IMG/VR virus record: IMGVR_UViG_3300046779_000460
Span: 1 to 32,944 of that record
Reading direction: 5' to 3' (one strand)
DNA: 32,944 nt
From: a virus
Lineage: Duplodnaviria; Caudoviricetes
In this document: in pieces, positions 25,148 through 32,944 of the stretch
How the letters are laid out: each line of letters opens with the position of its first letter
Numbering within the stretch: position 1 is the first letter of the stretch
Notes under the pieces: model-generated
Database searches by the model: none
Told to the model about the DNA's origin: nothing
The model's input: only the letters and a program-made list of their open reading frames with translations
Position numbers and translations under genes: made by a program

Positions 25148-25599
25148 TATTGTTTATACCCCCAAGTTAAATACCAAGCAATGACCGCAGCCACCGCATA
25201 GCACATGAACATTGCTCTACGAACCTTTGCCAAATCATGGTGAAACTCTTTAGTAAGTTCATTATCTTGTTTCTCTATCTTTTGTTTAATGGATTCAATC
25301 TCAGACCAGCGTTTAGCGCCGTGTTTCTTAATGAAATCAGCCTTGACTTTAGCTTCCTCGACACGGATGGATTCTTGGTGTTGCCATTCCATCATGGCTC
25401 TTTTGAAGTACTGCTCTTTAAAGACCTGTGATTCCCGTATTTGCCGTCTACGCTCTAAGTCTTTCTGCTGGGCTACTGCTCCAGCGTCCTTCTGTACATC
25501 AATAATGCTCTTGGTAATGGACTTACTAGCCTCACGACTAGCATCCATGCTACCTGTTACGGATTTTGCTCCTTCGATAAAACCAAATTGGTCGGACAT
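25147..25599 (-). CDS. Coiled-coil protein with C-terminal transmembrane helix
   Basis: 150 aa; AMFMCYAVAAVIAWYLTW; coupled to the holin start. Confidence 0.7.
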   Translation of the reverse strand: MSDQFGFIEGAKSVTGSMDASREASKSITKSIIDVQKDAGAVAQQKDLERRRQIRESQVFKEQYFKRAMMEWQHQESIRVEEAKVKADFIKKHGAKRWSEIESIKQKIEKQDNELTKEFHHDLAKVRRAMFMCYAVAAVIAWYLTWGYKQ

Positions 25600-25610
25600 G
25601 GCTCATGTTC

Positions 25611-27176
25611 TTATTGTCCCGGAGGATTTAATCCACCAGTTAGTAAACCTACATACCCTAAGTTAGGGGCGGGTGCTTGTGCGCCTGAAGCAATTTGCTT
25701 AACTGCTTGCTGGGCTGCTCTACGGCGTAATGCACCTTGTAATAAATCTGCAGTTAAACCAGTACCGGCAACTGCAGTTGTAGCGACAGGCGCTTGAGTC
25801 AAGGCGTAAGCACCGCCAGCGGCGGCTAATTTAGAACGAAGAGGACTAAACTGTGCTGCTAAAGTTAATACTGGGTCTAAAGTTCCACCTTGAGCAACAG
25901 ATTTAATGATGTTCTGTTCTGTTTTATTAAACAGATTCATCTTATCTTTATTAGCAGCAATATTAATAAACCCTCTACGGATAAGTTCGCTTTCTGATGC
26001 TTTAGGGTCTAGTTTTTTTACTTCAGCTACATTCAAAGCATCATCTAATACCGACGCACGACTAGCATTTCTCCAATCTTTTCTAGCAGACATGACATTT
26101 TTAACAGCAGCGTCTAGCCCAGCTTTGCCTGCAAGAATATCTTTACCAGATAAATTACTAATGTAATCATCTACTTTAGAAACAGCTAGACCACCTAAGC
26201 GACTAATATCAGCATCGCTGCTCATGCGTAAATCATTAAGAGTACTGCGTATTTTCTCTAATGCAGTAAAAGAAACACCTTGTGGTTGTTGATTGATAAT
26301 TTTAGTAACTTGCGCTAGGGTTGCATTCACTGAATTGGCTTGGTCTGTTGCTGGAATCATTCTTCCTTCAGTGTCTAAAGCAACTTTAATATCATCAACT
26401 AGTTTAAGTGTTGACTTAGGTTGAATGGAGACACCTTGACTGTCCATCTTATTATAAGAATCAGAGGCTCTTTTCTTTACTTCTTCCATTGTAAATAATG
26501 GAGCTTTGCCGGGTGCGGTAGCACTTAATACTTTACCAGTTGTTGCAGCACCTACTGTACCAAAACCAACACCAGCAACTAAAGCTGCTAAATCGCTGCC
26601 AGTAATGTCCTTGACTTTCTCAGCTACAGGTTGACTGACTAAACCAGCAACAGCAGCAGATGGTATTTGACGAGCCATATCAGACGCTAAGGCAGGCACA
26701 CTTGGTGCTAATTTAGCTAGACCAGCAGTACTAGCCATTGCTTGTGTACCAGCCTGAACTGCTCTTTCTGTTGTTGTTTCAGGTGTTGGTAATACCTGAC
26801 CTAACATTTGGCTTTGTGCTTGAGCAAAAGATGGTATTCTACTTTCAGAACCTAATGCTTGAGCGCCTAAGTTATATGCACCACGCCCAGCTTCTAAGAC
26901 AGCAAGTGCTGGAGAAGTAAATGCTTCATAGGCTGCTCTACCTGTTAGTCCTATCTGACGACCAAGCTCATCAACCACAGAGCGTTTTTGTGGCGTGGCT
27001 TGAGGTTGTGCTGTTGGCTGTGGGGCAGCTACCGCAGGGACATCCGTTGGAGCAACCGCTGTCGGTTGTGGTTGTGGAACACCGCCACCTAACTGTTGGG
27101 ATAATTCTAATAAATCATCTTCCGATAACGGAACAGGAGAATTAACTGTTTGTCCACCAATTGTATATTTAGGCAT
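25611..27176 (-). CDS. Probable internal virion (ejection) protein
   Basis: 521 aa, Ala/Gly-rich and helical with hydrophobic segments; third of three such genes after the nozzle. Confidence 0.65.
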   Translation of the reverse strand: MPKYTIGGQTVNSPVPLSEDDLLELSQQLGGGVPQPQPTAVAPTDVPAVAAPQPTAQPQATPQKRSVVDELGRQIGLTGRAAYEAFTSPALAVLEAGRGAYNLGAQALGSESRIPSFAQAQSQMLGQVLPTPETTTERAVQAGTQAMASTAGLAKLAPSVPALASDMARQIPSAAVAGLVSQPVAEKVKDITGSDLAALVAGVGFGTVGAATTGKVLSATAPGKAPLFTMEEVKKRASDSYNKMDSQGVSIQPKSTLKLVDDIKVALDTEGRMIPATDQANSVNATLAQVTKIINQQPQGVSFTALEKIRSTLNDLRMSSDADISRLGGLAVSKVDDYISNLSGKDILAGKAGLDAAVKNVMSARKDWRNASRASVLDDALNVAEVKKLDPKASESELIRRGFINIAANKDKMNLFNKTEQNIIKSVAQGGTLDPVLTLAAQFSPLRSKLAAAGGAYALTQAPVATTAVAGTGLTADLLQGALRRRAAQQAVKQIASGAQAPAPNLGYVGLLTGGLNPPGQ

Positions 27177-27184
27177 TTTTATCC

Positions 27185-28267
27185 TTAATCTTCTACAGTT
27201 ACAACTGTGCCATTTTTAAGAGTGATAGTCTTGGTCTTCTTTTCACCTGAAGGAGTTTCCGAAGTACCAAAACCATATTCTTCAATACCTTGTGATTTTC
27301 TACGAGATTCAACACGAGTCTTGGTTCTGTTTTCAGCATCAACAATTGATTTCTGATAGCGTTTTAATGCTTGGAAAGTAGCTTCACTATCGTTACGACC
27401 ATAAGCAGCAATTAACGCTTGAGCAAAACGCAACACATCCTTGTCAGTCTGTACGCCTTTTTCAGCACTAACTTGTAAGTTAACAGCAGTATCAACGGCA
27501 GATTTTAATGCTTCATAAGCACGACTTTCTGGAGTAGAATTACCAGCAGCGTTTCGTGCTAGGTATTCAGCATTCTTTATTGGTCCAAGTTCTAATGACC
27601 TAAGACCTTTTTCATTAGGTGTTAATGCTTGAATAGATGAATTCAAGGCACTTCGTTGAGCAACATAACTATCAATCGTTTCTAAGTCTTTACCTTCGTC
27701 TTTCTGCAGACTTGCTGGTAATACTTTAGGACCTTTTAGAGACGCTGTTAACTGAGCAATATCACGCCGTCCTTCAGATAAAATTCTAGCAATCTCTTTC
27801 TGGTCAGCCCCACGCTGAATAGCAGCATCTAATTGACCTTGTATTTTCTCACGAGCAATTAACAATTGTGTATCACGAGTTGCTTGCTTTTCTTCTATTT
27901 TAGTTCTAATATCTAATGCTCTTTTTGCTAAAGCATCGGCAATATCAGGACGACCTGCCACCGTTGCTTGTTGTGCGCCTTTGGTTAGTGATTCTAAGTC
28001 TGTAAAGTCAACACTACTTAGTAGCTGTTGCTGTTCAGATACTCTTTGCATTAGTGGGTCTTGAACACCAAAGACACCGCCTAGTTCCCGAACTCCTCTA
28101 GCGCCCATTACATTAGCACCTAAGACAGAACCTAAGCCGGGTTGTTGTCCTTCTGCAGTTGCAACCTTGCTTGCAAAGTCTAGCATTTGTTGCTCACGAG
28201 CAATATTCAACGCTTCTGGAGAAGCTCCAAATAGACCACCTACAATACCATCAAACTGTTGTGCCAT
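27185..28267 (-). CDS. Probable internal virion (ejection) protein
   Basis: 360 aa, helical, Ala/Gln-rich; position in the module; AAGGA RBS. Confidence 0.65.
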   Translation of the reverse strand: MAQQFDGIVGGLFGASPEALNIAREQQMLDFASKVATAEGQQPGLGSVLGANVMGARGVRELGGVFGVQDPLMQRVSEQQQLLSSVDFTDLESLTKGAQQATVAGRPDIADALAKRALDIRTKIEEKQATRDTQLLIAREKIQGQLDAAIQRGADQKEIARILSEGRRDIAQLTASLKGPKVLPASLQKDEGKDLETIDSYVAQRSALNSSIQALTPNEKGLRSLELGPIKNAEYLARNAAGNSTPESRAYEALKSAVDTAVNLQVSAEKGVQTDKDVLRFAQALIAAYGRNDSEATFQALKRYQKSIVDAENRTKTRVESRRKSQGIEEYGFGTSETPSGEKKTKTITLKNGTVVTVED

Positions 28268-28276
28268 GATTATTCC

Positions 28277-29998
28277 TTATGCTAACCAATTCTGAATTGC
28301 TGGGATTTGGCTAAAGATACCGCCCATTGTGTTACCAACACCAGTCGCTACTTGTCCTAATTGATTATAAGTGCCTTGCATTGCTGCTTGACCTAATAAT
28401 GAACCTTCGGCAGCTAGTTGAGCAGCTTGTCGTTGTCCTGTCAATCCAAGTTGTCCAGCGTATGCACCAGAAGCGGCTTGAGCTTTAGCTAAGTCTGTTG
28501 ACAATGCTAATGGTTTCTGTGCCATTGCTTCTAAAGCACCTGCTTGTCCAAACAATCCTGTGCCAGTAGCAATTTGCTGATTCAATAGATTCTGAGCATA
28601 AGTAGGCGCATTAGCCCGTAAAGCAGCGTCTTCTCTAGCGAGTGCATTATAGTATGCCGCCATCTCAGGATTTGTCTGCATTAGCCCAGCAGCGCCGGGA
28701 GCGTATCCCGCTACAGTTCCGCCAGTAGCAAGACCAGTAGTGCCACGCTGGAACTGACGATTACGCAACTGTGCTAGTTGTTGTTCACGGCTTGGTGCTA
28801 GTAATCCTTGTTGCTGTGCAATATACTGTTCTTGTAATGCTTGTGTGTCTGCAGTTGTTGGCAACGCTTGTGCACCTAGACTGAACAAACGCTGACGCTG
28901 TGCAGCGACTTCAGGAGTCTCGGTATATCCAGCCGATACTAACTGACCTGTAGTTGGGTCTACTTGGAACTGTGACTGACCGAAAGCGGTAGTAATACCA
29001 ATTGGTTTAAATGTTGCTTGCTGTTGCGCTCTAGCGGCAGCTAGTCCAACTTGCTGTGCTTGTTGATTATAGGCATTCTGAATTGCTTGGCGTTGCTGTG
29101 CGGATAAATAAGCATTTACACCGCCACCTAATAATCCGCCTAGTCCTGTATTACCGCCAGCAGTTCCGCCTGCGCCTGAACCGCCTCGGCTTGTCAGTAA
29201 CGAGCGTAATGCTTGTGTACCAAACTGTTTAGCATAATCAGTTAATGTTTTAGTATCAAAGCCAAGGGACTGTGCAGCTTGGATGTCAGCACCAGAAGAC
29301 AAGACAATGTTACCTTGAGCATCTTGAATAATATCACCTAGTTCGCCGGGAATGATGTTAGGGTTGCCACCCATATTGAAGTCTTCACCAGTGCCGCTAA
29401 ATATGCCGCCCATGTTAAAGTCTTCGCCAGTAGTATTAAATAGTTCATCCATACCTGTACTTCCTGTATTTGTTTGATTGAATAATCCTGCTCCTGCATC
29501 TACGGCTGCATTGACACCTGAACTAATACCAGCACCAGTAACACCTGAGATTAAACCTGTTACTGGGTCTCTTCCAGACAATAATGCACTGGTTGCACCG
29601 CTAGTTCCGCCTTGTGCTAAGTTACCAGCTAACTGTGAGCCTGTCTCTCCTGCTACTGCTCCGCCTACTTCTCCGCCTACTTGACCAGCAGCGTATGATA
29701 TTGCAGCATCTCTAGCAATGTCTTCAATATCGTTGCCTTGTGCTGCAGAGATACCAGCACTAGCTGCTGCACTTCCTAGTGGACCACCAACATAGTAAGC
29801 CCCTAGTTTGATGGCTGTATTAACAGGGTCATCAATAACTGGTTGAATGACTGCATTGTCAATGATTTCACCAGCATCACCGATAAAGCCACCAACATCT
29901 TCTACAGCGCCTAATAGACCACCATCACCGCCTGAAGTACCTAGTACATCAGAGATTGGGTCTGTTATTGCCGATACAAATCCGCCTCCGCCGCCCAT
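28277..29998 (-). CDS. Probable internal virion (ejection/pilot) protein
   Basis: 573 aa, very rich in Gly/Ala/Gln, with glycine-zipper-like segments. Confidence 0.65.
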   Translation of the reverse strand: MGGGGGFVSAITDPISDVLGTSGGDGGLLGAVEDVGGFIGDAGEIIDNAVIQPVIDDPVNTAIKLGAYYVGGPLGSAAASAGISAAQGNDIEDIARDAAISYAAGQVGGEVGGAVAGETGSQLAGNLAQGGTSGATSALLSGRDPVTGLISGVTGAGISSGVNAAVDAGAGLFNQTNTGSTGMDELFNTTGEDFNMGGIFSGTGEDFNMGGNPNIIPGELGDIIQDAQGNIVLSSGADIQAAQSLGFDTKTLTDYAKQFGTQALRSLLTSRGGSGAGGTAGGNTGLGGLLGGGVNAYLSAQQRQAIQNAYNQQAQQVGLAAARAQQQATFKPIGITTAFGQSQFQVDPTTGQLVSAGYTETPEVAAQRQRLFSLGAQALPTTADTQALQEQYIAQQQGLLAPSREQQLAQLRNRQFQRGTTGLATGGTVAGYAPGAAGLMQTNPEMAAYYNALAREDAALRANAPTYAQNLLNQQIATGTGLFGQAGALEAMAQKPLALSTDLAKAQAASGAYAGQLGLTGQRQAAQLAAEGSLLGQAAMQGTYNQLGQVATGVGNTMGGIFSQIPAIQNWLA

Positions 29999-30396
29999 TA
30001 TTTAAACTCCAGTGACCATGCAAACGACTTACCCTTCTTCTTTACTTCTACAGGTAAGTTCATCTTTTGCATCATGGTTATTAATTTATAGTTATCTGTC
30101 TCAGATACTAGCTTCTTGATACCAGCTTTCTTTACCGCATCAATACCGACCTTCATTGCGCCTAGCAGCATATTAGGAGTATCTAGTGTATACATATGCA
30201 CTTCTAATACGCCGGGTTCTTTCCGAATACCGATAAACACAGTGTTATTGTGCCGTACAACAACAGCTTTGTTTTGTTGAATCATAATGGCTAAGCTCTT
30301 GAAGAACTTCTCTTCTTGTTTGCTTAGACCACCACGCTCTAGGTCTTTACGGATAATCTCCGTAGCAGACATCTGTTTGTCAATAATCTCTGCCAT
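29998..30396 (-). CDS. Hypothetical protein, possibly GNAT-like virion assembly factor
   Basis: 132 aa alpha/beta ORF at the position where podoviruses often carry an acetyltransferase-fold gene; function inferred from position only. Confidence 0.5.
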   Translation of the reverse strand: MAEIIDKQMSATEIIRKDLERGGLSKQEEKFFKSLAIMIQQNKAVVVRHNNTVFIGIRKEPGVLEVHMYTLDTPNMLLGAMKVGIDAVKKAGIKKLVSETDNYKLITMMQKMNLPVEVKKKGKSFAWSLEFK

Positions 30397-30398
30397 GA

Positions 30399-30668
30399 TT
30401 AGTATGTACCGCCATCAATAGTTCCGCCTGTTAGCGTACCTGTTAGAGTCATACCGCTAGAAGCAGTTAAAGTACCAGAAACAGTTAAATTAACGGCTGT
30501 AGCAGTTCCAGTCAAAGCAGGACTTGCTAAGTCAGCTTTAGTGGTTACTGCTGTAGCAATATTATTGAATTCAGTATCGAACTCTGAACCACGAATAATC
30601 TTATTCGTATTACCAGTAGGTAACGAATCTTTCGCAGTAAAGTTAGTTGTTTTTGTGTAATTAGACAC
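30399..30668 (-). CDS. Short tail needle/fibre-like virion protein
   Basis: EFDTEFNNIATAV and KADLASPALTG motifs; ends in DGGTY. Confidence 0.65.
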   Translation of the reverse strand: MSNYTKTTNFTAKDSLPTGNTNKIIRGSEFDTEFNNIATAVTTKADLASPALTGTATAVNLTVSGTLTASSGMTLTGTLTGGTIDGGTY

Positions 30669-30670
30669 GA

Positions 30671-32251
30671 TTAAGCCACCCTTCCTAATTTAATATAAGC
30701 ATCCAATTTCTGTACGGATACTGCATTACCATTAATATCACACTCTAATCCAATCTGTAATACTCGTCCTGTACCAGAAGTTGGGACATCTAATCGACTA
30801 ATAACGGCACCGCCGGCAAACTTACCAATGTTGTATTCAGCAATACCGTATTCAGAAATTGATAACGCATCTAAAGTTCTGATTTCTGATTCGTAACTAC
30901 CTTCGTAATCAAAGTCCCATTTAATTGCAACTGTTTGCGACGCACCGCCAATAATATAAAAGTCAGCCTTTTTAAATATCTTTAAGGTTGTTGGTGTTTG
31001 ATAATCAAAATAGTTAGTAAAGTAAGCCATTAAATAATCTACACCATTATCTTGGTATCCTGTATACTTACCAACATAACCAGCTACGCCTAGATAAACT
31101 TCTTTGTCTTTTGTTAAAGCAAAACTATGCGGAACTAAGCTAGTCCAAGTTGTAGTCCGGGCTGCGCCGTCTTGCATCATTACTCTAGTGTCAAAACAAT
31201 AGACAATAGACTGAGATGGTAACGATAATAAGTAGAAAGCATCGGTTGGGCTGTAAACAGACTTAATCGTCTTGGCTACAGTGCCATTTACATAGCTAAT
31301 TAAATCATCACGAACATTCTTTGACAAGTCTCTAAATGGTGCAGACTTCTCTTGAATTGTTCTCGTTAAAGACCGAACACCGGTATCAGATAAGAAAATA
31401 ACATCCGAACCAGTTGTTTGTACCGAATCTCTTGCCACACAACCAACGCCATTAATCACATCGGACAATGCCATTGTGGATGGGTCCTGTGCGCCAGCAT
31501 AGACAACAATATGCTTCGTACAGAAGATTATCAAGAATCCATTATGCGAAGCCAATGCAACGATTGGGTCCCCGTCGCCAACTACTTCTGATATATCTAA
31601 GCGACCGGCAGTCCCTGTCGTGTAGTTAGTAGCGTCTAACAGGTCACTAAAATACACAGTCTGTCTATCACCAGAAATATCTGCCAACCAAGTTCTACCG
31701 TATGCTGCAATAGCACAATTTGGCATAAAGGTTGATGTGGTATACGACGCTGGTAAACTACCTAAATCGCCTAAACGCTGAAAGCCAAAAGCACTTGTTA
31801 AGTAGTTAAGAATCAATACCGGATGTCCTTCTTGGACAATTGTCGCATACGACTTTGTTTCACCGGTTTGCTGTATATTAGCGACTTGCCAGTGGTCGTC
31901 ACTGATTGTAACCGTTACATCGGCAGAATCAGCAGCATTGCGGACATTCTTCTTAACTAAAGCACCTGATTCTTCAATAAACAGTTTATTGTTACCAGCA
32001 GCAAACAGAACTGTATTGTTATCAGGTCCTCTGACATCTGCAATTGTTTTAACGACTGCAGTAGATAAGTCAGCATTGGTTGCATGGACATTGTCCCAGC
32101 CCTTACGGGAACCAATACGACCAAACTTATCGATGATGCAGTTATTGGCAACTAAGGCAAATCCAGACTCAAGGGTTACGCTACTATCCTGCGTATTTAA
32201 CCCCATGAATCCGGGAGCTGCAATAGTTGCTGCTTGTAGTGGCTTGCTCAA
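30671..32251 (-). CDS. Tail nozzle/hub (tubular protein B, P22 gp10-like)
   Basis: 526 aa beta-rich protein with VYFSD, GVGCVA and FLSDTGV patterns; follows the adaptor with a TTGA overlap. Confidence 0.75.
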   Translation of the reverse strand: MSKPLQAATIAAPGFMGLNTQDSSVTLESGFALVANNCIIDKFGRIGSRKGWDNVHATNADLSTAVVKTIADVRGPDNNTVLFAAGNNKLFIEESGALVKKNVRNAADSADVTVTISDDHWQVANIQQTGETKSYATIVQEGHPVLILNYLTSAFGFQRLGDLGSLPASYTTSTFMPNCAIAAYGRTWLADISGDRQTVYFSDLLDATNYTTGTAGRLDISEVVGDGDPIVALASHNGFLIIFCTKHIVVYAGAQDPSTMALSDVINGVGCVARDSVQTTGSDVIFLSDTGVRSLTRTIQEKSAPFRDLSKNVRDDLISYVNGTVAKTIKSVYSPTDAFYLLSLPSQSIVYCFDTRVMMQDGAARTTTWTSLVPHSFALTKDKEVYLGVAGYVGKYTGYQDNGVDYLMAYFTNYFDYQTPTTLKIFKKADFYIIGGASQTVAIKWDFDYEGSYESEIRTLDALSISEYGIAEYNIGKFAGGAVISRLDVPTSGTGRVLQIGLECDINGNAVSVQKLDAYIKLGRVA

Positions 32252-32901
32252 CTTGGAACCCAGTTTGTATCTTCAAGATAACGATTAGACTCTAAAGAGA
32301 TATAATCAGCCATTAAGTTACGAGCTAAAGCGTATGCTTCGGAAGATTGCAATCCACCGTCTTCGCCACGCTCTACTAATGCTCTTGCATAAGCATTTAG
32401 AATAACAACATCGGCAGGGACTTTAATAACGGTACTGTCAGAGGTTAAATCTGCTTGAGGTAATATGACATTAAACCGTAATGTATAAACACCGTCAGGG
32501 ATGGGGAATACATCAACTAATGTATCTCCGTTATTATCTTGTCCGTTGAAGTTATAGTAATTAGGAGAACCCTTCTGTGGGCTAGACGACATAAACTGCT
32601 GATTCATCCATGTCGTAGGCGCCAGACGCATTACAGTGTCTTTGCTGTCGTTTAGTACATCCACAATACGGAAGCGTACACCAGAACCAGTTAAGACATA
32701 ACTAAACAAATCAGCCGTAGTCGTAGCCGTTAGCGTATCCGACAAAGCATTCCAATTATAGGCAGATTCGACAGAAGACTTAGCATCGTTAACGAAATCG
32801 CCAATTAGCTTAGAATATGAGGTAGAAGCAACAGTAGCTACTTCGGTTTCTCTTAACCGTCGTAGCACACTATTAACTGCTTGTAAATATGTTGTAGCCA
32901 T
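32248..32901 (-). CDS. Head-tail adaptor (tail tubular protein A-like)
   Basis: N-terminal TYLQAVNSVLRRLRE and FPIPDGVY motifs; 217 aa upstream of the nozzle. Confidence 0.75.
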   Translation of the reverse strand: MATTYLQAVNSVLRRLRETEVATVASTSYSKLIGDFVNDAKSSVESAYNWNALSDTLTATTTADLFSYVLTGSGVRFRIVDVLNDSKDTVMRLAPTTWMNQQFMSSSPQKGSPNYYNFNGQDNNGDTLVDVFPIPDGVYTLRFNVILPQADLTSDSTVIKVPADVVILNAYARALVERGEDGGLQSSEAYALARNLMADYISLESNRYLEDTNWVPS

Positions 32902-32906
32902 GCGCT

Positions 32907-32935
32907 ATCCTATCATAGTTTGACTATTTTGTCAA
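32907..32935 (-). promoter_or_regulatory. Sigma70 promoter for the tail/ejection/lysis operon
   Basis: TTGACA-17 bp-TAGGAT with extended -10 TG; shares CTTGACAAAATAG with the promoter at 8213-8241. Confidence 0.7.
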
Positions 32936-32944
32936 GTAAAATCT

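Noticed and set aside
29366-29431. Duplicated peptide TGEDFNMGG in the ejection protein
   Set aside because: Real but short; likely an ordinary internal duplication in a flexible linker.

Overview
Most of a circularly permuted, lytic podovirus-like phage genome. The minus strand carries the virion genes: terminase small and large subunits, portal, scaffold, major capsid protein and tail fibres at the left end; adaptor, nozzle, ejection proteins, holin and M15 endolysin at the right end. The plus strand carries small early genes, a C5 DNA methyltransferase and a T7-like replication module (primase-helicase, family A DNA polymerase, SSB, 5'-3' exonuclease, resolvase, class II RNR). No phage RNA polymerase, integrase, tRNA or CRISPR array was seen, and transcription appears to use host sigma70 promoters. 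The most notable observations are: a complete type I hammerhead ribozyme between early genes (9923-9975); a ~450 bp non-coding block packed with host transcription-factor-like sites (three NtrC-like boxes, three phased pairs of OxyR/LysR-like ATAG-N7-CTAT boxes, tandem 8-mers); two probable overprinted genes (inside the methyltransferase and inside DNA polymerase); a perfect-consensus antisense promoter firing into a structured non-coding segment; and apparent avoidance of GATC and CCWGG. All calls come from reading the sequence by eye; no searches were run.
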